Below, piece by piece: positions 11,415 to 26,575 of a DNA stretch of 64,000 nt. Under the pieces are notes generated by a model. That model saw only the letters and a program-made list of their open reading frames with translations. It did no database searches and was not told the DNA's origin. Positions within the stretch are counted from its first letter, which is position 1; each line of letters begins with the position of its first letter. Source of the stretch: Octopus vulgaris (taxonomy: Eukaryota); NCBI GenBank assembly GCA_951406725.2, contig OX597841.1:1550001-1614000 (forward strand). Reading direction: 5' to 3'. The position numbers and the translations under genes were made by a program.

Positions 11415-11676
11415 AAACACACACACATGCATATTTCTGCATACTTACATACATATTTATATGAGTCTATATGTATGTATGTGCTTGGATATGCATGCGT
11501 GTGTTTGTGTGTGTGTATGTGTGTGTGTGTATGTGTAGCTGTACCTATGTATGTATTATATTATATATATAGCTTTTGTACTTTCACATTTGGTATTTCA
11601 TAAACTTTTAATATGTTGAAATTATGTTGAATTACCTATATGCATGTATACTTATTTATGTATATATCTATACATG

Positions 11677-11738
<62 letters not shown>

Positions 11739-12000
11739 TATATATATATTCACTTACATACATGTATACAAGTATTACATGTGCAAGTGTGTGTGTGTAT
11801 GTGCAGACGCACACATGTATACACACTTTTATATATATTATATATCCTGTATATTTATATTCATGTTTGTATTTTTGTAATATATATTTCATAATTTTGC
11901 GACGAAATTTACTTGTTTTGAATAATCACCATTATCATTATTCACACACATGCTTGCACACGCACATGTGTGTGTGTGTGTGTGCATGCATGCATATGTA

Positions 12001-12037
<37 letters not shown>

Positions 12038-13139
12038 CTTGATATATGCATATGCATATATTTGTAAATGTAAACATGTAATATATTATTATTGTTATCA
12101 TTATTATTGTTGTTGTTGTTGTTATTATTATTATTATCATTATTATTATTAGTAGTAGTATTAGTATTATCATTAAATGCAGTGAGCTAGGAGATCCATT
12201 GGAATATTGCCCAAAATTTCTTGTGGCATTTATTCCGGTTCTTTTCATTTTGGATTCCAGTTTTGTCTTTCATTCTTGAAGGGTTCTCGAAGGGGCCAAT
12301 GCAATAAAGTACCAATGGATTAGCGGGATTCATTGTAGTTAACTGCACCGTTCCCCTATTTCCTCTTGGAGAACAGCTGTTGGTTGAGGGCTTGTGCAAT
12401 TGATGGTCGGCGTGATCCTGGGTCTGTGAGGTTCGTTGATTGGCCCTCATTGGAAGTTCTTCTCCTCCATGTGGAGGACTGCGTCACGAATGTGATATTC
12501 ACATATTTATGCTCCCCTTCAGGATAGCGTACTCTGTACTCTGGAGTGCAGTCGCAACAATGAGAAAGGGCCAGAGAAACTAGAGAGAAGGACTGCATGG
12601 AAAGCAACAGTCTTTCCTACATGTCCTTACTCTGCTGCTACATGTCCCCAGTGTATCTGTGCATTTCATGTTAATATCAGCCTAATAAGCCACCTGAGGA
12701 ACCACAAACTCTAAATCTGTTTATCTTGTCATCGTCACAGAAATTAAGAATGAATGCTTTATTATGTAAAATTTTATCTCATTTCACTGTCTTTTCCTTT
12801 TCTTTCTCCTCATCTTTTATTTAAACCCTCATCCAAATTCTAACTTGTCCTTGTAATGCCACCATCATCTGTACTGCCCCCTATGTACAAACAAACGAAA
12901 TCATTGATATTATTTTGTAAACATGCAGAACTAGTAAGTATGCCATCCCAAATGCCTTGCCTTATTTTTTTGAATGACTTTACAGTCCATGTCGAAATAT
13001 AGACGCGTTGTCTTTCAAATTTAACCAAGTTGATCAAATAATTACTAGACAAGTGCTTGTAGTGTTAAGGTGATCTGCTGGTAGAATCATTAGCAGCACA
13101 TCAGACAAAACACTTTTTCCAGCTCTTTGAAAGTAGAAA

Positions 13140-13160
13140 GGATTATTATTATCATTATTA

Positions 13161-13251
<91 letters not shown>

Positions 13252-13253
13252 CA

Positions 13254-13284
<31 letters not shown>

Positions 13285-14006
13285 CATCATTATTATTATC
13301 ATCAAATGGCGGTGCCCCAGCATGGCCACAGCTCATGAGCTGAAACTAGAATCAATCAATCATCATTATTATTATTATCATTATCATCATCATCATCATC
13401 ATCATCATTAATATTATCATTATTCATAGTATCATTATTATTATCATTATTATCATCATCATTATTATTATTATTATTACCATCATCATCATTATTATTA
13501 TTATTATTATTATCATCATCATCATCATCATTATTATCATCATTATTCAACTCTAGGTTGTGGTTCGAATTCTGCTGAGGTTGTCTTTTGCATTGTATCA
13601 TTGTAAGGCCGATAAAAAAAATACCAGCTGCGTACTGAGGGGTCGATGTAATTGACTGATCCCTTGCCAATAAAATTGCTGGATTTTTGCCAAACTACGA
13701 AACCCTTCTGATAATATGTTATGAGATTCTTTTTGCCAGAATTGGTAGAGCATCAGATCGGATGTCTTTCTATTATGTCATTTTACATTCTGGGTTCAAC
13801 TCCTTACGAGTTTTACATCGCCTTTCTCCCTTCCAGGGGTCGTAGAATGAAACACCACCTGATTTTTATTTTTTTTTTTTTTTGCAACTCAAACATTCTC
13901 CTCTCCTGAAATCTGTGGACTTCTCACTATTTTAGAAATCATCATCATCATCATCATCATCGTTTGTTATTGTCTGTTGCTATTCATCATCATCACCATC
14001 ATCATT

Positions 14007-14041
<35 letters not shown>

Positions 14042-14442
14042 TATTTGTTATTGTATGTTGCTATTCCTCCTCCTCCTCCTCCTCATCATCATCTTCATCA
14101 TCATCATTATTATTTGCTATTGTTTGTTGCCATTCCTCCTCTGCCTCCTCATCATCATCGTCATTTGTTATTGTTTGTTGCTATTCATCATCATCATCAT
14201 CATTATTATGATTATTATCATTATGATTATTATCATTATTGTTATTATTATCATTATCATCATTATTATCATTATTATCATTATTATCATTATTATGATT
14301 ATTATTATTATCATTATTATCATTATTATCATTATTATCATTATTATGATTATTATCATTATTATGATTATTATTATCATCATTATTATCATTATTTTTA
14401 TTATTATCATTATTTTTATTATTATCATTATTATTATTATTA

Positions 14443-14485
<43 letters not shown>

Positions 14486-15112
14486 CATTATTTTTATTAT
14501 TATCATTATTATTATTATTATCATTATTATCATTATTATCATTATTATGATTATTATCATTATTATGATTATTATTATCATCATTATTATCATTATTTTT
14601 ATTATTATCATTATTTTTATTATTATCATTATTATTATTATTATCATTATTATTATTATTATCATTATTATTATTATTATTATTGTCGTTATTATGATTA
14701 TTATCATCATTATTATTATCATCATTGTTATTACCATGATTAGAATTATTATTATCATTATTATTATTATTATTATTATGATTTGGCAAGCTGGCAGACT
14801 CCTTACAGGCCTCTGGCTTTTATCTCAATCTCAATTGACTGCCATCTCAGTCAACTTTGCATTTTATCTTTTGGGGTGTCAATAAAATGAAATACCAGTC
14901 AGATACTGGGGTCAAAGTCATCAACTTCTCCCGAAATCTGAAACTATTATTATTGTTGTTGTTGTTGTTGTCGCTGCTGCTCTCATAATTTGAGTCCCCT
15001 TATTTTTATTGCATATTTTTTCCTGCATCACTGGATGCACATTCTGTGAGCCTTGATTTTCTCTGCATTATTTGAGGTTTTTTTTTTGATGTTTTTCCTA
15101 TTCATGTTTTGT

Positions 15113-15143
<31 letters not shown>

Positions 15144-15242
15144 TGTGTGTGTGTGTGTGTGTCCTCAAGTTTTGATTTATGTATTTGTTTGCAACTTTTT
15201 TGATATTTCCCAACGCTTCTAATATCATCATCATCATCATCA

Positions 15243-15273
<31 letters not shown>

Positions 15274-15349
15274 CTTCATCATATCATCATCATCATCATC
15301 ATCATTATTATTATTATTATCATCTTTATTATTATCACCATCATCATCA

Positions 15350-15395
<46 letters not shown>

Positions 15396-15423
15396 CATCC
15401 TTATTATTATCATCATCATCTTT

Positions 15424-15455
<32 letters not shown>

Positions 15456-15463
15456 TATTATCG

Positions 15464-15497
<34 letters not shown>

Positions 15498-15595
15498 CAT
15501 CATCATCCTTATTATCATCATCATCATCATTATTATTATTATTATTATTATCATCCTTATTATTATCACCATCATCATCATCATTATTATTATTA

Positions 15596-15632
<37 letters not shown>
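13140..15632. repeat. (ATT)n/(ATC)n trinucleotide fields interleaved with decayed SINE type A pieces
   Basis: Seen directly; decayed SINE cores at ~13550-13700, 13735-13935 and 14780-14945. Confidence 0.9.
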
Positions 15633-15633
<1 letters not shown>

Positions 15634-16124
15634 GTGCTTTATTTCTGTTTTTCAGTTCCCCCCCCCATTATGGTTATCTCTCTCTCTCCCTCTCTATTTC
15701 CAGATAGTTCTATTGGGGGCGGGGTCAATTTCTCTCAATTCCTCTTACATATCACATCATCAGCTTCCTTTCTCACCGACTAATTACTCTTCATTATTCA
15801 CCTGCTACTCTCTCTCTCTCTCTCTCTCTCTCTCCTACTCTCCTCCATTCTTCATGCTTTTAACCAGAAACATATAAAAATGTCTCGTTCCCCTTCATCA
15901 CAAGAATCCAGCGCATAGTGAAACAAAACATGCATTTAGATATTCAAGGTTATCGAGTACTTTGTGAGACTGTCCTAATTAACAATACTTACGGACAAAC
16001 AGACAGACAGGCAGGCGGGCAGGCAATGCTATTGCTGTTTTCTGAAATATAATGAATCTGTCTTTCTTTATGGATCATCTATCGATGTCTTGATTGTTGA
16101 TGTGGTTGTATACCATTGCAGCTG

Positions 16125-16579
16125 CAGCCATGCTGGAGCCACTGCCTTTTAGTCGAACAAATCGACCCCAGAACGTTTTCTTTTTAAGCCCAAGTACTTA
16201 ACTCTGTTGGTCTCTTTTACTGAACCGCTAAGTTACAGGGACCCAGAGACCCCAACATAAGTTGTCAAGCGATGGTGCGGGGAACAAACTCAGACACACA
16301 AACATATACGTACATGCCTACATATACATATATATGTATGCTACTTAACACACAGCCACTTCTGTGCCAATATATATATATATATATATGTGTATATATA
16401 TATATATATATATACACGACGAGTTTCTTTTTTTTTTCTCGTCTACCAAATCTACTCATAAGGCTTTGTTTGGCCCAAGGCTATAGTAGAAAACACTTAC
16501 CCAAGGTGCCATGCAGTGGGACTGAACCCGGAACCATGTGGTTGATAAGCAAGCTACTTGCCACAGAGCCACTCCTGCA

Positions 16580-16582
<3 letters not shown>
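16125..16582 (-). mobile_element. full SINE type B (head/core, internal microsatellite, 3' module)
   Basis: Diverged copy of the 60900-61317 element. Confidence 0.8.
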
Positions 16583-16655
<73 letters not shown>

Positions 16656-17504
16656 AGACATAAATGAAATACTTACTCAATACTAGGACCAATATGGTAA
16701 TAACGGATTTTTGGGAAATTTCTATCCGATTGTTTCGAGACGCGTAAATTATAATGGTTAATGACATTTTTGGGGAGTTTTTTTCGGCATATTTGGCATT
16801 AGAATTTTTCTTTTGCCCTTATTTTGTAAGTTATTTATAAATTTAACCTTTAAAGGAATTTTTTGATATGCTGGCCATTGATAAAAATTTTTTTCGTAAA
16901 AAATTTTATCCTACATTAGTTGTATATATATGTATGTATATATATGTATATGTATACATATCAATGCAGTTGTCTTTACAGAGCTGCTAGGATATCATTG
17001 CAATTTTTTATAAATATCAAATGAACAGATTGACACATTCTTTAATTTCTTCCCCCCCCCCATCTGGCATCTGGGGGCAGGTGTCCTCCACCATAGCCTC
17101 CATTGCAGGTGACATTGGCTGCATAGAAAACTGGGGAGAAAACACATGCAGGGGCTGCAACTATGCATGTAATTTGTAGTGGGGTTACTCTTAATCTATT
17201 ATCCAGATTAGTACGTTGATTTGGCCCTAGGATAGCTCAAGCCGAAGCCTTACACATGCACAAAATGTGGCGGGCCCTAATTTGGTCTCAAGTTTAACAA
17301 CAACAACAACAACAATCATTGAATTGCCTTGCTTTGTTGTTACTACTATAAATTCCGTGTAAGTAATTACATCATGTAAAATGCATCACCTATCTTCTTC
17401 TTCTTAATAGTTTTTGCCCTTTGTGGGGCATAGGGCCTCAACAGTTGTTTTCCACCTTTTGTGGTCATTGGCGTGTTTCTTGGCTGCTTCCTAGGGGCAG
17501 TTCC

Positions 17505-17578
17505 CATGAGCACTATCTTTTGAATTTCTGCCATTTTGGGGTTTCCTGGTATCTGAGCTAGGTAGCAATCAGCCCCTA

Positions 17579-17580
<2 letters not shown>
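17505..17580 (-). pseudogene. fragment of the C-terminus of a restriction-like-endonuclease non-LTR retrotransposon ORF
   Basis: Translates GADCYLAQIPGNPKMAEIQKIVLMGT, resembling the QK.VL.GT terminal motif of R4/Dong-like LINEs. Confidence 0.55.
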
Positions 17581-17610
<30 letters not shown>

Positions 17611-17612
<2 letters not shown>

Positions 17613-18100
17613 GAGTGAGAGAGCAGTGCATGCCATTAAAGTGACACTGGGGTAAAATATACGAAGCCCAATATACCCATCATGACTACCCATCTGATAA
17701 GGGTACACCAGGTACATGCATCACAGCCATATGTGCACGACATGATGATCTCATATCAAGATAAACAGTGCATGACCTTGCAGGTGGGGCCCAGTTAGAA
17801 TTTTCTTCTGGTCAATTAAAGTATCCCACTCAAAAGGTCCCCGAATAAGGGTTGTTTAAGGATGTTGAACGAACCACCCATGTTTCCAGAGGCGAATTAT
17901 TCAAACCCCAAAGAATCCCTCTCAACACATGGCTATGATGCTCCCCCACTACTTCTGCTCGTGATCAGAGATGCACATATCGTCAGCCACTAAGGGACAT
18001 GCTCAACTGGTTAAGGTCAAACAACTGACAAGCAAATCTGTGGTATTGAGCAGAATATTTGCTGTAGCCCATCTTTTATACCAAGACAACACAATGTACA
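17611..18100 (-). mobile_element. GC-balanced retroposon-like repeat embedded in (ATT)n
   Basis: ~490 bp of non-coding sequence bounded by (ATT)n on both sides; resembles a common octopus interspersed repeat. Single copy in this window. Confidence 0.5.
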
Positions 18101-18102
18101 TG

Positions 18103-18152
<50 letters not shown>

Positions 18153-19129
18153 CATCATCATCATGTCCTTAGTATTGCAACAATAAAACAAAAACCAAAC
18201 TAATTTGGAGACACTAAAGGGATAGATGAGGAAAAGTATTTGAGTTTACATTGAAGTTGAATAAAATGAAAACAAAAATGTATACACAATAATATACATA
18301 CATGTATATACAATAATATACAAATGGCGGTGCCCCAGCATGGCCACAGCTCATGAGCTGAAACTAGAATCAATCAATCAATCAAAACATGTATGAGGAA
18401 ATCCTGAGATAAAGATTGGCAAGAAACTTCACTGACCCAAGATTACCCACTTGAAGTCGTATCCATCAGTCAACAGGTGCACCATGCTAAAAATGGGTCC
18501 ATTGATTTAGACTTCACTTGCCAAGTCCATCCACCTGCCAACGAATTTCTTCGGGGGCAACAGTTTCCCTCTCTATGTTCTTTGTAAGTGGGAACTCAAA
18601 AACTCAATGAGAGTTGGTCTGACATTTAAAAATATGCTAGCTTTCAAACCTTTTAAGCCTCTTTATAAATGTCTGTTTTACCAGAATTATCAAACTGTCT
18701 ACTGTCTTTGATGAGAGGAAGGGGACAAAGTGGCAGGCTAATTTTCTTTACTAATATGGCCAATACCCAGAATTTCTTTCTGTGTAAGAACATTGGTTTG
18801 GCATAAATTCACAAGTCAGCAACGTCCAGATATATTAAAATGACCAATCATATAAAAACAGTTCAAAGAAGCAATGAGGGAAGAAAATAAAAATATAAAG
18901 AAGAAAAAACAAAAACCAAAGAAGTGACTAGAAATTATTTGCTTCCTTTTCTCCACATGAACAACACCCACAATTTTATATACGGATATATATACATATA
19001 TATGTGTGTCTGTCTGTCTGTCTGTCTGTGTGCATATGTATGTATACTATTTGCACACATACACAAACATACATGTATATAAGTAAACGTATATATATAT
19101 ATATATATATTTATATTTTATTTTCTTTT

Positions 19130-19412
19130 TTCTTCGCCCTTTTCAAGCCTAGGCAGGCTCATGGGCCCGGTTCCCGGTTTCTGTGGCGTATGTGTTCCCC
19201 CCTGGTGGACGGGACGCTAGTCCATCGCAGCGTTACTCAAGAAACAGGAAGAAAGAATGAGAGAAAGGTGGGGTGAAAGAGTACAACAGGGGTTGCCACC
19301 ACCCGCTGCCAGAGCCTCATGGAGCTTTAGGTGTTGCCTGGTCTGGGAATTGAAACCGCGATCTTCCGACCGTAAGTCCGCTGCCCTAACCACTGGGCCA
19401 TTGCGCCTCCAC
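19130..19412 (-). mobile_element. tRNA-derived SINE type D
   Basis: Reverse complement of GGAGGCGCAATGGCCCAGTGGTTAGGGCAGCGGACT (A box) and GGTTTCAATTCCC (B box); the head is shared with 24266. Confidence 0.75.
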
Positions 19413-19741
19413 ATATATATCTATATATATATATATATATTTATGCATAAATGTATATTTGTATGTGTGTGTGTGTGCAGATACATGCACACATGGATGC
19501 AGACAGAGCAGTAAAGATACTAAGTGCAGATAGTAGACAGCTAGTATATTCCTTGCCATGTGATAATATTAAACTCTTTCTCTAATCTGAGATTCTTGTT
19601 CGTGCATGTTCACTGGAGCATAAAAAGAGAAAAACTCTTACCTTTCTAACAGAAATGATTATGCATCAATGCAAAACTAAGATTAAGGAATGGGTACAGA
19701 ATCAGTTTGGAAGAAAATTTATAAAGTATATATATATATGT

Positions 19742-20095
19742 ATATATATAAACGGCAAAATGTCTGTGTGCGTGTCCTTTATAGAAGTCCACAATTTTTC
19801 AGTTAGAGGGCTTGTGCTTTCTATGGTCATTCAAAACCGTCCAAGGGTGGTCGTGCACATCTTTACATTTCCCCAGTTACCCCGCAAAGCCATTAAAAAA
19901 ATCAATAGAAGTGACTTTTTTGTGAATTTTCGGTCCAAAACCCAATCAAAATGCCCGAAACTTGATACACCAATTGAATGCCAGCTAGCTGTATGTAATT
20001 GGTCGGAGATTTGGACAGTACTCACATATATGTGCGCACGCATGCAGTTGTATATGCATGCATTATGACCCGGCGTTGCTGGGTCACAGTGCTAG
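19742..20095 (+). mobile_element. non-autonomous Helitron-like element
   Basis: 3' hairpin TGACCCGGC-GTT-GCTGGGTCA a few nt before a terminal CTAG followed by T; the 5' end emerges from a TA run. Confidence 0.65.
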
Positions 20096-20343
20096 TATGT
20101 AATAAAAAACAAAAATGTACATTATGGCCATTTCAAGATTTCTAGCGGCTCCGTTTTATTGATTAGTGGAAACATAACTTCAGTTTGAAAGAAACCGTTT
20201 TCATCAGATGAATGCATACACTTCAAACGTAGAAGGACAAATCATTTTTTTAACAAATTTACATCAGTAATGGAAACCAAAATATTTACCTTGTTTCTTT
20301 CTGTTATAACTGTGGCAGAATGAGTTTAGAAAATAATGCATAC

Positions 20344-20413
<70 letters not shown>

Positions 20414-20741
20414 TAAATAGATGAGTGTATTTTTCCCTTGTTAACAATAAACACGGAAAAAATAGATAAATAGTTACCAGGGTATTGAATAATATCAGTG
20501 AAATCTTCGAAACATGTGTCGGAAGTAAAAGTATTTGAATTATACCTGCGTTAAACTCCATTTATCTATTTATATATATACGTATATATATATATCTAGA
20601 TATATATGTATGTATGTATGTATGTATATACACATATATTAATAATAATAACAATAATAATGTTAATATATTAGTAAAAGTTACAGCTTCTTCGAAACAG
20701 AAAGTCACTATAGCTAAGATCTTATTCCTTATTTATTGCAG

Positions 20742-20776
20742 AATGGGGTGGGCCAAAGATCTTCTTGAAGTGATAA
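20742..20776 (+). CDS. candidate 35-nt cassette exon
   Basis: Acceptor TTATTGCAG and consensus donor GTAAGT at 20777. Contains a stop in phase 0 (NGVGQRSS*) and phase 1 (EWGGPKIFLK*). Confidence 0.3.
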
Positions 20777-21255
20777 GTAAGTTTTTGCTAATGTTCCCAT
20801 CTATCTATTTATCTATCTATCATTCTATCTATTTTCTCTCTCTCTGTATATTTGTGTCTGCATGTGTGAGTGTCTGTCTGGTGTGTGTGCGTGCGTGCGT
20901 GAGTGTGCATGAATTTTTACATGTGTGTGCATAAATGTATGTAAATATATATATATATATGTATGAGTGTGTGTGTGTAAATATGTATGTATAATTACAT
21001 ATTTCTCTATATACCATATTTGGTGACATACAAGAAGCCTTTGATGATACATCTCAAAACACCACCCTGGGTCCTATATTACATGCTTTAATTCTCTTAA
21101 AACCCCCTTTTTTGCCCCGAATACATGCTACTGAAATTGAGGGGCATGTCTTTTATGCCATCAAATACACTAAATATATATATATACATGCACATATATA
21201 CATATATATATACATACACATATATATATATGCACACACACACACATGCACATAT

Positions 21256-21291
<36 letters not shown>

Positions 21292-21457
21292 CATATGGAT
21301 GACCAGTATGCATATGTAATGTGTATATATACATATCTATCTGTGTGTGAGCGTATGTCTATACATATGTCAGTATATATGTATGTATGTGTGTATATAT
21401 AAAACTATGGATAAAGAAACAATCACTGTATTATTGTGTGTGTATATGATGATGATG

Positions 21458-21516
<59 letters not shown>

Positions 21517-21562
21517 GTATATATATATATGTATATATATATATTATATATATATATGTATC

Positions 21563-21613
<51 letters not shown>

Positions 21614-21702
21614 GTATGTATATATATATATATGTATATATATATATGTATGTATATATATACATATGTATGTATATATATATATGTATGTATATATATA
21701 TG

Positions 21703-21775
<73 letters not shown>

Positions 21776-21777
21776 GC

Positions 21778-21938
21778 TGAAGTATTAAAATTAATCAAAG
21801 GACATACTAATTATGTCTACCTGCTGGAAATAGCAGTCAAAACTCTTATTTAAATTGCTGAATAAATAAGAGTTTCGACTGTTATTTCCAGCAGGTAGAC
21901 ATACCTATTATTTCCCCTGATTAATTTTAATTCTTCAG
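21778..21938. mobile_element. fold-back element with ~75-bp arms, beside (TA)n
   Basis: TATGTCTACCTGCTGGAAATAGCAGTCAAAACTCTTATTTA versus TAAATAAGAGTTTCGACTGTTATTTCCAGCAGGTAGACATA. Confidence 0.65.
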
Positions 21939-22079
21939 GTAATTAATGTTGTTTTTGGGTTTGCAATCGCCTATATCATTGATTCTGTTATTATATTTTT
22001 TTTAATTATTACACTAGATAATAATAGAATTAATGATATCTTTGCAAATATTTTCTCCTGAATTATTTGCTCCATATTG

Positions 22080-22141
<62 letters not shown>

Positions 22142-22194
22142 TATTATTATATATATATATATATAATAATCATTATTATTATTATTATTATTAT

Positions 22195-22546
22195 TTGAGG
22201 GAGTATTGATCCAAACTTATAGGGAAAAAATTCAATTTAGAAATACTAAATCAAATTTCACACAATATAATATATATATATATAAATTAAAAAAAAAAAA
22301 CACCTTTTGATAATTCAAAATGAACAATTAAATTACACCATCTAGAAAATTACATATAATAGAAATATTAAAATTAAAATAACAATAAAATACCAAATTA
22401 CAAACAAAAATAATAATAAAAACGTATATAATTACTTAATCATTGGTATTTTATTATTTTAATTTCAATATTTCTATTATATGTAATTTTCTAGATGGTG
22501 TAATTTAATTGTTCATTTTGAATTGATAAAAGGTGGTTTTTTTCTA

Positions 22547-22550
<4 letters not shown>
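22195..22550. mobile_element. AT-rich fold-back element with ~110-bp arms
   Basis: CACCTTTTGATAATTCAAAATGAACAATTAAATTACACCATCTAGAAAATTAC... and its reverse complement at 22443-22549. Confidence 0.65.
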
Positions 22551-22949
<399 letters not shown>

Positions 22950-23016
22950 AAGTGCTTTGTATTTTCCTTTGCCATTTAATTTAAATCTTAAAGTAACTTC
23001 TGAAACTACCTGAATA

Positions 23017-23057
<41 letters not shown>

Positions 23058-23604
23058 ATCTAGCTATCTGTCTGTATGTGTGTATACTTATATATGTATC
23101 CGTATGTTTTCTTCTTGTTCTTCGTTTTGACTTTTGCATCCATTTTTCTCCATAACTGCATGGGTTAGGTGACTATACTATTGAGGCATAGTTTTACACC
23201 TGGATGCTCTTCCTTTTTACCTGGATTTTTTTTTTTTTTTCTCTCTCTCTCTTAAAAAAAATTTCAAGCCTGCAATCTCTTATTCCACTTTGCTTCAAAG
23301 GCCCAAAGTTAAGGGATAAGCTGTTGAGGGAAGAACTGCCAAGAACACTACCCATTCTTTGTAGAAACAGAGAAGCTGTACACTAGCATACATGCTCATA
23401 CACAAATACATACACACACACACACTCATACACACACACACATACACACATGCACACACATACACACACACACACACATACACACACACATACACACACA
23501 TACACACGCACACACACACATGCATAAACACACACACACATACACACACACACTCATACACACACATACACACATACTCATACACACACTCATACACACA
23601 CACG

Positions 23605-23647
<43 letters not shown>

Positions 23648-23861
23648 ACTCACACACACACACACATACATAGGCATAAACATGCTGTGAGGTCAAGCAG
23701 CTTGCTTTTCATCCTTCAGCATGGCTTTTTGGCAAAACGTTTTCCACAATGCCCCTGGGCCAACAGATGCTATTCTCAATGAATTTAGCAAATGGAAACT
23801 GTGTGGAAGCCTGGTGTGTCTATCTATTTATATGCAAACTATATGGCTGTGTGGTAAGAAG

Positions 23862-24230
23862 CTTGCTTCTCTATCACATAGTTCTAGGTTCAGACCCACT
23901 GCGTGCTATCTTTAGCTAGTGTCTTCTGCTTTAGTCACGGGCTGATGAAGGTCTTAGTAGTGGATTTGTTAGACGGAAACTGAAAGAAGCCCAACATATG
24001 TGTGTGTGTGTGTGTGTGTATTTCTGTGTCTGTATTTGTTCCTCCCAGCATCGCTTGACAACCGATGTTGGTGTGTTTACGTCCCTGTAACTTAATGGTT
24101 TGGCAAAAGAGACCGACAGAATAAGTGCCAGGCTTACAAGGAATAAGTCCTGGAGTCGATTTGCTCAACTAAAATCAGTACTCCAGCATGGCCACAGCCA
24201 AATGACTGAAACAAGTAAAAGAATAAAAGA
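23862..24230 (+). mobile_element. SINE type B
   Basis: GGCTGTGTGGTAAGAAGCTTGC head through the AATGACTGAAACAAGTAAAAG tail. Confidence 0.8.
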
Positions 24231-24265
24231 ATCCAAATATATATATATATGTATATATATATAGA

Positions 24266-24563
24266 GGCGCAATGGCCGAGTGGTTAGGGCAGCGGACTCG
24301 CAGTCAGAGGATCGTGGTTTCGATTCCCAGACCGGGCGTTGTGTGTGTTTATTGAGCGAAAACACCCAAAGCACCATGAAGCTCCGGCAGGGAGTGGTGG
24401 TGATCCCTGCTGTACTCTTTCACCACAACTTTCTCTCACTCTTTCTTCTGTTGGCCTGCTCACTTAGCCAGCAGGGTGGCATCATTTGAAGGCTAAAACA
24501 ATGCAAAGCGCATTGTGACCAGAGATGTGTAGCAACATCTGATAGCCAGGTTGGTCACGGTGA
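24266..24563 (+). mobile_element. tRNA-derived SINE type D
   Basis: GGCGCAATGGCCGAGTGGTTAGGGCAGCGGACT...GGTTTCGATTCCC Pol III boxes followed by a ~220-bp body. Confidence 0.8.
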
Positions 24564-24576
24564 TATATATATATAT

Positions 24577-24956
24577 GGTGCAGGAGTGGCTGTGTGGTAA
24601 ATAGCTTGTTTACCAACCACACGGTTCCGGGTTCAGTCCTACAACATGGCATCTTGGGCAAGTGTCTTCTGCTATAGCCCCAGGCCAACCAATGCCTTGT
24701 GAGTGGATTTGGTAGACGGAAACTGAAAGAAGCCCGTCGTATATATATATCTAAATGTATGTGTGTGTCTGTGTTTGTCCCCCTAGCATTGCTTGACAAC
24801 CGATGCTGGTGTGTTTACGTCCCCGTCACTTAGCGGTTTGGCAAAAGAGACCGATAGAATAAGTACTGGGATTACAAAAGAATAAGTCCCGGGGTCAATT
24901 TGCTCGACTAAAGGCGGTGCTCCAGCATGGCCGCAATCAAATGACTGAAACAAGTA

Positions 24957-24958
<2 letters not shown>
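24577..24958 (+). mobile_element. SINE type B
   Basis: Complete head, microsatellite and tail structure. Confidence 0.85.
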
Positions 24959-25033
<75 letters not shown>

Positions 25034-25724
25034 AGGACTGTTTCTTTACTCTGCACAGATCTCTGACAGTCTTGCTTGGTAGCCCTTTCATATCTACACT
25101 GACCCTCTTGACCCAGACATGCTCCTTGGTTGCACTGCCAGGCCAGAGATTCCTGCAATTTATCTGTAGGGATCTCCCCACCAGCCTAGCATGAAAGTCC
25201 TCTCAAACAAACCATTTACTTTGTTCATATTGGTACCAGTAATTTTCTCGAGAGTATCTAAACCCTACTATACTCACCCCTAGTTCCCTATATATTGCTA
25301 AAACTTACAATCTTGACACATTTTGGGATCCAGGAGTGCAGCTTCGTCAATGAGAAGAGCTGCAGAAAAAAATGTGTGTCACAAAGGGAGGCCATACCTA
25401 TTTCTTTACTACCCACAAGGGGATAAACACAGAGGGGACAAACAAGGACAGACAAACGGGAGGCCATACCATCCAGAAAACATCTGAAAGTGGTGCAGCC
25501 TCCATGTGTGTTTGCTGAGTTTGCCTTCGTGGGGGCACTAGTAACCGGTGGCCCAACTGACCAATGGAATGCATACTTTGCACAGCAAGTGCAAGAACAC
25601 ATACTGCCACCTGACCAAATAGGGGCTGGGGAAAGGGACAGCGGTGGCACTTCTGCTTCACCTTTCAAGGTTGGCTTTTTCTCAGTGCATTTCTAATTAA
25701 GGTTGCTCATCCTGCTTATTTCTT

Positions 25725-26142
25725 ATTTCTTTACTGCCCACAAGGGGCTACACACAGAGGGGACAAAACAAGGGCAGACATATGGATTAAGTCGATTATA
25801 CCGACCCCAGTGCAAAACTGGTACTTAATTTATCAACCCCGAAAGGATGAAAGGCAAAGTCGACCTCGGTGGAATTTGAACTCAGAACGTAGCGACAGGC
25901 GAAAATACCTATCTCTTTACTGCCCACAAGGGGCTACACACAGAGGGGACAAAACAAGGACAGACAAATGGATTAAGTTGATTATACCGACCCCAGTGCA
26001 AAACTGGTACTTAATTTATCAACCTCGAAAGGATGAAAGGCAAATTCGACCTCGGTGGAATTTGAACTCAGAACGTAACGGCAGATGAAATACCGCTAAG
26101 CATTTCGCCTGGCATGCTAACATTTCTGCCAACTCGCCACCT
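25725..26142 (-). mobile_element. SINE type A, dimeric
   Basis: Two tandem core+tail units and one head. Confidence 0.85.
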
Positions 26143-26575
26143 TATATCCTTGTCCAAGGTCTTGTCCAGCTGGAAACCTTGATTGCATCACACCTCTAGC
26201 AGTATAGTTGGCCTGATGATTATGATGATGATGATGATGATAGCAACAACAACAATGATATTAATAATAATGATGATGATGATGATGATGATGATTATGT
26301 TTCTCCTTTATCCTTTATTTGTCTCAGTTTCCTCACTTTTGTTGTGTATATATATTTATTTAATGTTATTTCCTGATAAAATGTTTAATGATGACCACCA
26401 CTGTTTAACCATTGATTAACCATGTTTTTCTTGGTTTTTGTTTGTTTGTTTTTTTTTGTTATAAAAAATTTTCCTGACTGTTTTTCTTTTTCTTCTTTTT
26501 TCTTATCCTTTTTCTTTTTATCATTTTCTTATTCTTTTTCTTCCTCTTCTTCCTCTTCTTCTTCTTCGCATCCAG

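Noticed and set aside
12523-12675. Possible exon after CTCCCCTTCAG (DSVLCTLECSR...)
   Set aside because: Weak acceptor context and no supporting features; cannot be separated from an old repeat.
24266-24340. tRNA gene (also 19340-19412 and 56331-56395)
   Set aside because: The Pol III boxes run straight into SINE bodies; there is no clean acceptor stem or terminator.
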